NCBI RefSeq assembly: GCF_009914755.1
Contig: NC_060929.1
DNA length: 64,000 nt
From: the human T2T-CHM13v2.0 reference genome, Homo sapiens
Direction: 5' to 3' (one strand)
Each line of letters begins with the position of its first letter. Position 1 is the first letter of the stretch. Below are positions 43,534 through 55,575 of the stretch, piece by piece. The notes under the pieces are model-generated. The model did no database searches. It saw only the letters and a list, made by a program, of their open reading frames with translations, and had not been told where the DNA came from. The position numbers were made by a program, and so were the translations under genes.

Positions 43534-44876
43534 CTCTCCCTTGCACTACCCCATGTGGACTTTAACTCCCAATTTGGAAAGTAATGATGTCATCTTCTGT
43601 GGTCTCAGGGTCCTAGTGAGTGTGTGAGGATAATAGTGTTACATGTTATGCAAAGGGATTGTGAACTGGCATGGGGGTCAGGTTTGCAGGGCCTGGAGCT
43701 GGTGACTCCAGCTCTAGAACAACCCCAGGCCGGCTCTGCCCTACCCAGGAGAGATGGTCATAGGGGAAAGAGTCCAGTGGGCATTGGAGGCGTAGGGGCC
43801 ACTTAGGGTTGCCCTTTGAGCTGACAGTGGGGTACAGATTCAGCTCTGCAGTGCCCCTAACCCCCACTGCGGATCCACCCGGGGGAATGCCCTGAGGACA
43901 CGCGAGGTGAGGGTCAGGCGTGTCCTGCTGGGTGGGAACTCCGGACCCTCTGGGAAGGAATGGGTGAATCGGCTGCTCTCACTCTCCAGCTCCCACTCAG
44001 AGGAGCCCTGGGGGATCCCATTCCTCTACCTCAGAGGACTCCCAGGACACTGTCTGAGCCCAGTGGGAGGAGGACACACAGCCCTGATCTGCCAGTCAGT
44101 GGGGCTGAGGGTCAAGCTGTGCGCCTTGTGTGCTGGCGGCGTCCCGCCTGGGATGGATGGAGATGGTCTGTACTTTCATGGGTGAATTGTAGGGCCCCTG
44201 AATTGTATGTATCTCAATAAAGCTGCTAAAGAATAAATGTAAAACCTTTGCCTAGTAACTCAGGTTCACTGGAGTGCATGGGGAGTTTCTGCTGTTTGGA
44301 CTCTGCATGTGCCTAGTTCCAAGTGACAAGGTGGGTGCGAGGGCACGGCAGCCAGTGCAGGCCCAGCCTCATGGGCTCCTCCAGCTTGGGCACCCTGTAG
44401 GGTGTGGGGTTGGTGCCATGGCCCGCCCCCACCCCCCACCTCCACCTGTCCTCCCAGGACACTTCCTCCCCCAGACCTCCTGACATCTGCATTTAGCAAG
44501 GACCAGAGCTCAGTCAGCAGAGGAGTGAAACACAATGGCCCTTCCCCACCTGGCTGGGGCACCTCAACCAACCTCCCCCAGTGGGACCTTCTCGGGGTCT
44601 TGGGAGGAGGGCCCATGCATGTGTGAGGCAAGGCTCCCAGCCACACAGGGGACACGAGCCCACCAGCAGATCTTCACCCAGGGTGGCTCATCGGTCCTCA
44701 TGTAAGGGCAGGATTTAGAGGCACGGGAAGGGCTGCAATCCTCAGGCTGTGCTACTTTGCATAACATGTAACACTATCATCCTCACACACTCACTAGGAC
44801 CCTGAGACCACAGAAGATGGCATTGTTACCTTCCAAATTGGGAGTTAAAGTCCACTTGGGGTAGCGCAAGGGAGAG
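43534..44876. repeat. 122-bp inverted repeat pair (43534-43655 and 44755-44876) with a 1099-bp spacer
   Basis: Manual alignment of the left arm to the reverse complement of the right arm: 115/122 identical, no gaps. Confidence 0.97.
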
Positions 44877-46678
44877 AGGAGGGGCCGAAAGAGCCTGGGA
44901 GGGTGGCCCTGGCCCTGAATCTGGACGCCTGGACGCTATACACAAGGGCGCTCTGAGCCCATCGCAGGCACGGCCTGGCCGGGTGCAACCCTGCTACCAG
45001 GTGCCAGAGCTGTCTGCCTGCAGGAAGTGGCCCCTCCACTAGGGTTCTTCAGAGGATGGTGGGAATGGCTCGCAGGCAAGACTACTCCCAGGAGGGTCCG
45101 TGTGCCCTTGTTCATGTGCTCGCCCACAGCTCATGTATCTGCGGACAGCCAGCAGGGGAGGCTGCTGGGGTGGGGGGCGGGCCTCTGGTTTAACTTTCCG
45201 TTTTGCCACTGAGCAGCCTAGGCCTCTGTAAAATCGTGTGATGGCGGCATCTGCCCCGAGGATGGTCTGAGAATGGGAGGCAGTAATTGGAGTGAAAGGG
45301 CTTGGCTGGACGTCAGCTCCAGAGGTGCAAGTCAGCACTGGGCAGCCGCGGAGCTGCGCTGCTCAGCTGTGAGACAGGGCTCCAGCCAGGGGAGTGGGAA
45401 CAGAGAGACCGGGTGGGACCTGGGCCAGCTTAGCGGAGGCCTGGCAGGGCCGGAGCTGGGCAGGTGAGGGGTCCCGCACCGCCAGCCTCGGAGCTCCAAC
45501 TCCAGGGACGGGAGCTGCCCTGGCAGAAGGTGGGGTCACCCACTGAGGTTGGAGACGTGGGCGTGGCAACAGCCCGTGGGGAAAATGCTGAGCTAGCTCT
45601 TGAAAGGCTGGGGAGATACAATGTATCAATGCAACAGGGCGTGGCAGGGAGGAGAGTCATGGGTAGGGAAGGGAGAAATGTCCCAGAAACAGGAGCAAGT
45701 TAGGGTTCCAGGAGGAAGTGAGGGAAGAAGGTTCCTCTGAAGGTAAATAAGGAAGAGAGCCCTGAGGTACCCAGCAGGGTAGGAGGCAGAGAGGGGGTCC
45801 AGTGAAGGGTACTGAGGGACGGGTCTCCAGAGCCAGCTGGAGGAGCTTGAGATGAGGCCAGGGAGGTAGCAGCTGAAGCCACTGAGTTGGACACGTGGAG
45901 GAGGCAGCGCAGGTGGCCAGGCTTGGGGCTCCTGGGAGGCTCCAACACCCTCAAGGCACAGGTCGGAGGAGACCCTGCTCAAACCAAGGACAAAGTGAGG
46001 GGGTGCAGGGCCCTTCCAGCCGGGGCCGGGGGGGGCCAACGCTGGTTCTTCATCAATTTGGAGCGCCAGGAGAGGGCGGGGATCTAGTCCTGCCGGATAC
46101 CACCCCCCTTTGGGCTGCCCACACCCCCACCCCCTCTCCAGCAGCCAAGGGAGGCGGGTCCTCCCTTTCAAAGGGAGGTGCCCTCAGGCTCCTCTGGAAT
46201 TGGGGATCCCTTGACCCAGGACGGCCTGGTGAGGGGTCGGAGCTGACTCCCGCCAGGCTCCGCTGCAGCACCTGACCGCCCCCACAGGTGGCCGGGCCGG
46301 GTCCTCATCGCTGGTGGGGCTCCAGGCTGGGAACGGGGGTCGAGGCCGATGCGCTGCGGGCAGCGGCCGCCGGGGGCGCTGCGGGGGCCGCGGTTAAAGC
46401 CCCGGCGCGGGCGCACGCGCTCAGAGGGAGCCGGGCCGCCGTCGCTGCCGCCGCTGTCCCCGCGCCCTGCGCCCGGTGGCCCCCCACCTCCGCCCCGCGG
46501 CCGTACCTGGCGCCCCCTGGCTCCCCCGGCCCCCGCGCGGCGTGGAGCCATCTTCCCTCACCTCCTACCGGCACCCTAGCTTGCTCCCGGCCCATGCGGC
46601 CCCCGCGGGCTCCCGGCCCCGGCTTCAGAACTCAGCCCTGCACCTGAGCGCGGGGCCCGGCGGGGCGTGGCGGCGGCG

Positions 46679-46703
46679 ATGGGGAAACTGCAGTCGAAGC
46701 ACG
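46679..46703 (+). CDS. NKD2: NKD2 coding exon 1 (MGKLQSKH, N-myristoylation motif)
   Basis: Strong Kozak gcgATGg; translation matches the known NKD2 N-terminus; donor G|gtgagc at 46704. Confidence 0.97.
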
Positions 46704-46799
46704 GTGAGCCGCGGGCCGGTAGGGCGGGAGGGCGGGCGGGCGGGCGTGGGGCCGCCTCTCACTGTCGTTTTCCTCTCCCCGCGTCCCGCCGTGCCGCAG

Positions 46800-46835
46800 C
46801 CGCCGCCGCCCGCAAGCGGAGAGAGAGCCCGGAAG
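46800..46835 (+). CDS. NKD2: NKD2 coding exon 2 (AAAARKRRESPE, 36 nt, phase 1-1)
   Basis: Pyrimidine tract and cag acceptor at 46797-46799; donor AG|gtgagc at 46836; matches NKD2. Confidence 0.97.
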
Positions 46836-47101
46836 GTGAGCGGGCGAGCCGACGGGCGGGGCGGGGGGCGGCGACCCGGCCCGGGACCCTCAGAGCTAGG
46901 AGCCCGCGCGCGTCCTGCCCTGGAGCCAGCGGTGGGGGGACGGGGCCGCGGGTCTCCAGGAGCGCGCGGGACCCCCACGCCTGCCCCTGCGCGGTCTCCA
47001 GGCGATGGGGACACAGCGAAGGCGCAGCGCCCGCGGGGCTCACGGCGCGTCTCTTTCCCTCCTCGGTGCGGGTTTCCCGCGCGTCCGCCCCCGGACCGCA
47101 G

Positions 47102-47181
47102 GGGACAGCTTCGTGGCGTCCGCGTACGCGAGCGGCCGCAAAGGCGCGGAGGAAGCGGAGCGGCGCGCGCGGGACAAGCAG
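47102..47181 (+). CDS. NKD2: NKD2 coding exon 3 (GDSFVASAYASGRKGAEEAERRARDKQ, 80 nt)
   Basis: Acceptor cag at 47099-47101; donor CAG|gtaggc at 47182; the three exons total 141 nt = 47 codons in frame. Confidence 0.97.
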
Positions 47182-50100
47182 GTAGGCGGCGGGGCGGAGG
47201 CTGGGGTCGCGCTGCGCACCCGCCCGGGGGCGGGGAGCGGTGTCAGAGCTGTTCCTGGTGCCCGCCCGCGGACAGGCGAGACGTGGGCCGCCATGGCCGC
47301 ACGAGTGACCGGGGGCCAGGAGAGCCAGTCTCTCCCCAGCCTCCACGACGTCTGGGGCTCCCGTGGGGCGAGCCCTTGCTAGTGTCCCATGCTGAGTGGC
47401 GGGTAGGGGAATCGGAATTCCTTGTCCTAGGCTGGGAGCCGTGTGGGGGCTCCATGTTTCGGGCTGGAGGAGCTGGGCGAGTGGGAGGGGCTGGACCTAG
47501 ACGTCCCGGGCTGGGGGTCCCGGGGAGCGGGAATGCAGTACCCCGGCTGGATGAGCTGGAGGAGTTGGAGGAGGGGTGGGAGCTACAGACCTGGGGCATC
47601 ACTGGTCATAGCCTCAGTGCTCAATCAGCAAACATGGCCAGAGTCAGAGGCCTCGGTGCCTCCCATCTCTGGGAGGGGTGACCACAGGCCTGCTAGAGGC
47701 TCAGGAGACAGAGGGACATCTGCACAGCTGTGGCAAGGCTGCAGAGACTGCAAGGCTGGCTCAAGAGCCAGGCGGCCCTGAGGGTGGGTGAGGAAGGTGC
47801 TATGTCCAGGAGCAGAGAACTGTCCAGGTCTGGGGCCCTGGAAGGGCCTGGGGTAAATTAGACCTGCATGTTTGCTGAGCGTGAGAAAGCTAACATTTGA
47901 TGGTCATCAGTGTCAGTGTGAACTGTATCGGTGCAGACAGCCCCACCAGGTGGCCAGGCCCACACTTGCCCCTTGCTTCCTCCCCCACTGTCCCCAGAGG
48001 TCCCCAGACACAGAACATGCCGGGTCACGCAATCAGTTTCCTTTTTGGAAAGACATTGTTCTGGCAGTTGATTAAAAAAAGTTCTGGGTGTGTTTGGAGA
48101 CATTTTCTGCAGCTCTGTCTTGAGAAGGGGCTTAGGTCTGCTTGGAAATTAACATGCAATAGAGTTAGGATTGGTGCTTCCTGAGAGTGACCATCTAACG
48201 CCTGTGATGGTGGGAAGCACGCTGTAAGGTACAGTAAGTTGGGTGGTCCTGTGAGCCTCTATCCGGGACAGGGAGACCAGGGTGAGGTCATCCAGGGAGC
48301 TGTCCCCGCCCCGATCTGGCTCTCTCTGCCAGTTACATTTGCACAGGGGCTTGCTGGTGAGTGGATGGTGCCACTTAGCAGCCAGGTGCTCCTGGTATGA
48401 TTAGTCAGTGATGTGAGCACCTGGGGTGGGCGGGCGTTCACCTCTCTCGTGGTCAGGGCTTTGGCCGGCCCCTGTCCATTGGCCCACTGGCCTGGAGCCT
48501 TCTCCCTGGGAGGCGCTGCACCATGAACCTTAAAATCCCTGAGCCAGCGCCCTCACCATGAAGTGCAGCTCCCAGGGCCATGGGGCAAGGCCAGTGCGCT
48601 CTGGAAAATGCAGGTGCTCCTCATGTGACTACGATGTCAGCGTGAGGGCTGCTCGTGGGCGTTTAGACCTGCCACTCTACACTGGGACATTTTCTTTAGA
48701 GAATAGCTTGGGAATTGGGGCTTGCTTGGATTGTTACCTTCTAATTTTGCCATCATTTCATGAAAGAAAACTCCTTTCTAAGTTAAAATGAACAAACTCA
48801 GAATCAAAGGCTGTCCTGTGAATTAAATACATTTCAGCTTTCAGACAAAAGTGCTGCCTTTCTGTATTTTCCGCCTCTGGCCATGACTCCTCCCACCTGG
48901 CATGGAGACCCCAGGGCCCAGGTGCGCCCTCACCTGGCCAAGTGCCCTCCCTGCCACATTGCTGTTCCTCTCACCTGGCAGCTGTTCCCCCTGCGACAGA
49001 TCCTACTGACGTCCAGGAGAGTCGCAGGCCACCACAGCGAAGTGTCCCTCTGGCTCTCACCTTCTTCTTTTGTGTTGTCCAGAGCCTCGCCCATCGTCCT
49101 TGTCCTCCCAGGTGGTATCCACTGAGGAGGGCCAGTCCTGGGTCACCCAGGGCACCCCTTGTGATGCCTGGCTGGGGCCAGCGAGGGGACTCACTCCTTC
49201 CCTTCTCCAAAGTCCACCTCCTGGTTCCGTGCGAGGCATCCTGGGTGCCACAGAACGGTGGCAGAGAACCCTGTGGAGATTGGGCGCACTAAGAGCCAAG
49301 ACCTCCGACCTACCCTCTCTCCCCAGCCCCCAAAATAACACAAATGAGATTGGCTATTATTAATTCCCTGTGAGCAATGCTGGCTCCTGCCTCTGTACGT
49401 GTCTGAAAACACCAACAGCAGCACTTTCCCAGACAGGTGTGTCTCTGCACCCCCGACGTGGCTCTCCCTGGCGACTCTGCGGAGCGCCACACTTTGCTTT
49501 TGGCGGGACCCGCACGGCTTCATCACCGAGTGTCCCTGAAGGGCCAGGGCCATGGGATCACTGGTGACGGTGCCGTGAAGGTCTGGAGAGTGGATTGTGA
49601 GGGATCCGGAGTCCCTGGGGATGTGCGTGGGTGAGGAGTGGTGCCATGGTGGCAGTGCACTTGTGTGGCTGTTTTTCCAAGTGGTAGTGACTGCAGGGAG
49701 GATGGCTTCAGGCCTGGGAACAGGCTGCCCCTGCACACTCACCCTCACCATCTGGTCTGCGAGACTAGCTTTAATTTCTACAGCGCTCTCTGAGGCTGGC
49801 GGAAAATGGTTCTGAAGACAAGAGTCACTGTTAACTGGAATGTTGTTGTGAATGGAGCACAGGCTTCCATGAAGTAGTGCTGAGGAAGGGTGCGCTGGGG
49901 CTAACTCCAGAGGCAGCATTGTAGCGAACACTCGTGACAGACCAGCCAGTGCGTGGAGGAGGCCGTGGCCCTGGCCTGCACGGGGGGCTCTTGCCCACAT
50001 CTGCAGGAGGCAGCAGGCACGGCTCTGAGTGGCCCGTCTAGGGCAGGTCCCAGCTTACAGGAGGCACTCGCCAGTCCCATCCCCATGCCACGGCCCTTCT

Positions 50101-53100
50101 GAGTGTGCCAACATGGTACATGTTTCCTGGAAGGGAGCCAGGAGGACCACAGTCGTAAGACCTGCTGGCTCTGTCCAGGGCTGAGCTCCAGGCCAGGGCC
50201 CAGGCCTTCACCTGCACTGGCCTCTGGCTTCCAGCAGCAAACTCCATCTGCCCTCAGCATGGCCTTGCTCACGGGAACTGGGCTCAGCCCCACTACATGG
50301 CTTGACGCCTTCCGACTGGAACCAGCCACAGTGCCCCAGAGGCTCATATGCCTGCAGCTGGCCTTCCCCCAGAGGCAGGGGTGGGGCTGCCCCTTCCCTG
50401 CCCCTTCCCTGCCCCTCCTGGCCACCCAGGAGCCAGCGCTCACCTGTCCTCTGTGGGTCCAGAGAGCTGGATGTGGCAGTGGGATGCCCAGTTCTTGGTC
50501 AGTGGGAGCAGTTTCTTGTAGAAGATCCTGGAAAATTCTTCATGGCTTCAAGCACAGTCTGGACGCTACCGCATCAACACAGAGATGCAGGGTGGGGGCA
50601 AGATACACATTTGCAGGAGAGACTCGGGCCAGTGCACGTGCGCCCAGAGACAAGGCAGTGTGGACCATACTCTGCTTGGTGCTCGGCCACGTGCCACACA
50701 GAAGGAGAGGTTGTGGGTGCCCAGTCCACCCAGCTCTGCATTTGGGGGTGCAAGCCACTCCAAGATGTCCAGGAGAATGGCAGCTTCCAAAGGGAGCAGG
50801 GGTGCCTGGGGATGCCTCCAGCACAGACTCTGAGGGCCAACCTTCTGTCTTCTGTGACTCATGTTCCGGGACCCTGTGTCCTCATGGAGCTGAGGCCCAT
50901 GTGGGGCTTTGTGTCAGAGCCGGCGGCAGCTGCAGTGTGTCATGGCTGCCCTTTGCTTTCTTTTTGGTGCCCTCTGTGTGCCTGGCCCTTGGATACAGGC
51001 AGCCGTGTTCCTACCCTGGGATGTGGCCCAGCCATGTGGCGAGGCCAGCACAGACATGCACAGAGGCTCAGGCACAGAGGGAACCGAAGGGAGTTGCCAG
51101 GCCACCTGGTCATCCCCCCTTGTGGGAGGCGTCGAGGTCACCTCTGGGCATGACACCTGATGCCCAGCACCTGAGAGCCATAGGACGGGTTGGATACCAC
51201 GTATGTAGTTTCTGTGCCAGCCTGGGCCTTGGGCCCACTGAGGGCTGTGTGTGCGCCCAAGCTCTCCACCAAGCCGCAGGCATCCCCTGTCCTGCAGCAG
51301 GGGCTCTGGGGTGCTGACTGGGAGAGCGTGCTGACTGGGAGAGGCTGCTGCCGGTGCCTGGCCATGAGGTTGGGCCAGTGGATCTGTGTTGCCCATGGTG
51401 GAGGCCGGAGGCTGGCCAGTGGCGTGGTCCTGCCCGCTCGGGTCACTGTACCTGGACAGTGCAGATGTGCATTCTCAGTGTCGGCCCCTGTGTCTGTGAA
51501 GTGCATCCTGAGAAGCCCTGCACATGGACCAGGCAGGTGTCTGGATGGAGGCCCTGGAGCACAGAGCGTCCCTGCCACAGGGCCTTGGGCTAGAGTTGGG
51601 GGTTTCACAGACGAGGCCATCTGGGGCAGCTGTCACCCCTGGACTTCCAAAACAGCTTCCTGAAGCTAAAACTGCCCATTTTGCTGCTGAATGAGCTGAA
51701 GTTTTAGATTTCTGCAGGTGAAAGAAGACAGGTGGCTGCACCCTGTTCTCCTCAGTGGGCTGAACCACCATGGGAAGCCTGGTGCTGCTCCGTCCTCCTT
51801 CCTTCCTACTTGTGGCTGAGTAATTTGAATTCCTTTGAGGTTTTCATCTTGTTTTGGCTAAAGAGCTTACATCTTTCCTTTTCTTAAAAAACCCAGGCTG
51901 GTTTGCAATCCTCGGAAACCAATCATCAGCCCTGCAGCTTTGGGCCGCCGTATGCCTGCATTAGGGTGTTGGGGGTCCATCAGACGCACACGCGACTCCT
52001 GGGAGCCGCGGGAACTGTGGCTGGTGCCGGCCAAGGCAGTTGTGCCAGAAAGGGCAGGGCCGTCTCGAGTACCCATCCACGAGTGCCCTTCGGTGCCCTG
52101 GGCCCCTGCTGTGCATGCCTCCCGTGTGAGCAGCAAGGTGATGGTGAGATTGGAAATGCAGTTTCATCTGCCTTGTAGGAGTGGCTGGCTCTCCTTTGCC
52201 CCTGGGTGGGCACCGCTTGTTCAGAGCTGGCAGTAAGTCCATGGCCACCCCAGGTCCAGGCCCCGACTGGGGGAAACACACACCTTGCCACTGTCCTGTC
52301 TAGGCTAGGGTTGGGGGTTCGGCTCTTTCTATTTCTCAGGAAGCCAGGAGTCTGGGCCAAGGGCTCCTGTCCTCCACCCCCGCTTTGCGGCCAAGGGATA
52401 CCCACTTGGTCAGCCCCGACAGAGGCTGTGAACGAAGTCCTAGTCAAAGACCATAGTTGGGAGCCACCATATGGCCGTGTTACGTGTGGCCCCCTCGCCA
52501 GCACCAGGTTTCTGTCATCCCATCGTTAGCAGAGGCGGCTTGCATGGTGGCTTGACAGCCTCTGGACCTGGCTTCGGACCCGGTGCTGCCACTCACAGCC
52601 TGGCCACATCCCTCGTGCCTGGGCCACCTGCTTCCCCTTGTGGTCCTGTGAGGAAAGACAAAAGGGACAGCTCCACGCTCCATAAGGCCAGGCAGCGAGG
52701 GCCACCTGGAGAGCAGCCAGGTGTGGCCGGGCCCCTTCCTGGCCTTTTGCCCCAAGTGCCGGGGTGCTGCAAGCCAGAGGGGTGCGTGAGTCCGTGAGCT
52801 TGTGCCAAGATGCTGTGGGCCTGATTCGTACTGCACAGTCATCTGAGCTGTCAGCAAGCTCTCACTGGTTGGCAGTGCCCACAGCCTCCCTGGCGTGGCC
52901 AGGTGTGGTGGGAGCAGAGGCCAGTGGGTGGGAGTGGGGTCCACCGTCCTTCCTGTAGAGAGGAAGCCTCTGGCCTCCTGGCTGCTGTTCTTGAGTTGGC
53001 AAAGCCACACTTTACGGAAGCGGTAGTTCTTGAAGCCAGACACACCTGAATTTGGAGTTGCCCAGCCTACCCCAGAATTTGTAGACAGCTACCTGCCAGA

Positions 53101-54419
53101 TCACTGGGTCCCTGGAGCTCTGAAGGCTGAGCCCTATGTCCTTCCTGCAGGGCTCTCAGACAGATGCCTGCATCAGAAACTCCCTGGGTTATGACGAAAG
53201 GCCTATGACACCCCTAGGGAGTTGGGGAAGCCTCAGGAGCATCAGGAAGCAGGAGGAAGCAGGAGCCACTGCTGGGGTGAGGTCAGCATTTAGAGGCGGT
53301 CCTGCCCGCACATGCTGCCGCCAGCATTTCAGGGTGGGCTGCTCCCAGCAGGACTGCAGATCGGCCTGTCCATGTGTGGAACCCGAGGGGGCCTGTGCTG
53401 CGTCCTGGGGCATTCATGCTGGAGGGTTCCTGTGGCTCCGTCCTCTCACAGGTCTTACCAGCCGTGGCCCCTCTCCTGTTGGACTTGCCTTCCTGAACAT
53501 GGGGAGGGGTCCCGAGCCCAGGACCCCTAATCAGTTCCAAGGGCTCCAGAGCTTTCAGTCTCTGCCACCTTCTGAGCCGTCGTCTGTCACAGATCATGAC
53601 CGTCAGCTGTCCCTGGAGGTGCGGAAGGAGCCCTTCCTGTGGGGCTGCTGGGTTAACGCCGGAACCATGGGGAGCAGAAGGCGCGGTGTGTGAGAGGGGT
53701 CTGCCCAGGTAGCAGGATCCCCCCCCACACCGGACACTTCCCCAGCGTGGGGCGGAGCTCGTGGTGCTGGCCTGGAGGGACACACGGTGCTGACCTGGCT
53801 GCCGCCTCTGGACTGCGAAGCCTGGACCTGCTGGGACAGGAGCCTTGCAGAGACCCCGATCCGCTCTCACGGCGAGCTGCACCCATGCTGGCTGATGGGA
53901 GCTTTAATCTGCTTTCATGTTGGCAAATACTTGGCAGGGCACCCTTTGGCAGCCTTTCACGCTGGCGTGAAACAAATTGGGTCTGTTCGATCCTGTCCTG
54001 CGCAGAGCTGGAATTCACTGGTGGTGATGGCCAGCCCTTGGCAGCTGGAGGGGGAGGGTTTGTTTTCCTTTTGTTCTGCAGAATTTTCCAAGGAAATCGT
54101 AAATAGTTTTGCGCACCAAAATCAGAGAAGCTAAAAAGCACGAAATATTGTAATACAAACATTCAAATTGGAGATTATTTTAATGGTAAGTGTCTTGGCG
54201 GATTTAGACTGAGAGCCTTGCCAGAGGCCGATGGAAACGGGGGTCCCTCCTTGCTGTCTCCAGTGAGGTTCTCCGTGAGGCACTCACGTCGGTAGCTGGC
54301 AGGACCCTCCAGGGCTCCCACCTGCCCTTAAGGCCGTGGTCCTGCGTAGATGTACTTCCAGGACGAGGCCTCTCACATCCGCTAAGGGGGACGTGACAAG
54401 AGCTACAGCAGCTGTTTTT

Positions 54420-54742
54420 GGATAACAGAGCCTACCCCATCCTCCTTTCCACAAAGGATAACAGAGCCGACCTCATCCTCGTTTCCCCAAAGGATAACAG
54501 AGCCGACCCCATCCTCCTTTCCACAAAGGATAACAGAGCTGACCTCACCCTCCTTCCCACAAAGGATAACAGAGCAGACCCCATCCTCCTTCCCACAAAG
54601 GATAACAGAGCCGACCCCATCCTCCTTCCCACAAAGGATAACAGAGCCAACCTCATCCTCGTCCTTCCCACAAAGGATAACAGAGCCGACCTCATCCTCG
54701 TTCCCACAAAGGATAGCAGAGCCGACCCTATCCTACTTCTCA
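54420..54742. repeat. 36-bp minisatellite, ~9 copies
   Basis: Unit acaaaggataacagagccgaccccatcctccttccc; caaagg at 54452 and 54488. Confidence 0.96.
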
Positions 54743-55379
54743 CCAGGACGTGCCTGGACATGGTGCAAAGCTGCTGCCCCTGGTGGCCTCCCTGCTGCCC
54801 CGGGGACGTGGGTAGCCTGGCTCTCTGTGGCTGGCGTCTGGGCCTCAGCGTCCTGGGGTCCTCAGAGGGACCCCATGTCCCTCTGCCCACCATCACCGCC
54901 TGCTCTCTTGGCTGCCCAGGTGCACCCAGCTCAACTGTCCCGACGGCCTGCCAGGCCAGTGGCCAGGTCCGTGTGCCCTGCACCCTTCAGGGCAGCCACT
55001 CATGTCTGAGACCAGCCAGCCCCAGACAGAGCTGGAGCAGGGGCCATTTCAGTGGCCCTGATTTTGCTCCTGAGGGCTGTGGTGTAACACGAAAGAACGT
55101 TGCTGTAGGCTTCCAGCCGTGGGATTCCAGGGCTGTCTTTGCCTTGTGCTGCTGGACAGAGCAGGACCTGCACCTCTGTTTGTCACAGGCTTGTCCTGGG
55201 CACCGCCTCAAAAGGAGGAAACAAAAACAGAAGGGCTGAGTCCCGGAGCCAGGACCCCAAACCAGAAGTCCCTCCCAGAGCCCACAGCCCCCCACCACGG
55301 GGCCGCCCTGCAGCCCCAGGGCCTGAGCTGCTTTCTGGATGCTGGGAGAACCGGACAGTGGCTGCTGGAAGGCAGGCCT

Positions 55380-55575
55380 GGAGGGCTCTGGGTGCTGGGG
55401 TGCGGGTGAGGCCGGGCATGAGTGCAGGCCTGTGGTGCTGGGGTGTGAGAGATGCTGGGCTGGAGTGTGGGAGAGGCCAGGCAGGGGTACAGGGCCCGTG
55501 GTGCTGGGGTGTGAGAGAGGCCGAGCTGGGGTGCAGGGCCTGTGGTGCTGGGGTGTGGGACAGGCCAGGCAGGGG
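55380..55575. repeat. Degenerate G-rich tandem repeat
   Basis: Recurrent ggtgctggggtg(t/c)g, 4 copies with variable spacers. Confidence 0.7.

Larger units (their letters stand above)
46250..47400 (+). promoter_or_regulatory. NKD2: NKD2 promoter CpG island; likely TSS near 46423
   Basis: Very high CpG density; TATA-like TTAAAG at 46394-46399 lies 29 nt upstream of an Inr-like TCAG (A at 46423); NRF1-like GCGCACGCGC at 46411-46420. Confidence 0.85.

Noticed and set aside
43534-44876. DNA transposon/MITE with long terminal inverted repeats
   Set aside because: No TSD, no known TIR signature (TA...TA, CAG...CTG) and no transposase remnant; kept as an unexplained inverted duplication
46667-47185. 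172-aa ORF as the full NKD2 product
   Set aside because: It reads through introns 1 and 2 and is out of frame at exon 3; the spliced model fits the known protein
46476-47681. 401-aa ORF across the NKD2 5' end
   Set aside because: Non-ATG start, low-complexity GC-rich frame spanning introns; expected stop depletion in a CpG island
50103-51317. 404-aa intronic ORF
   Set aside because: GTG start, no recognisable domain, and Cys/Pro/Gly/Trp-rich composition typical of random GC-rich DNA
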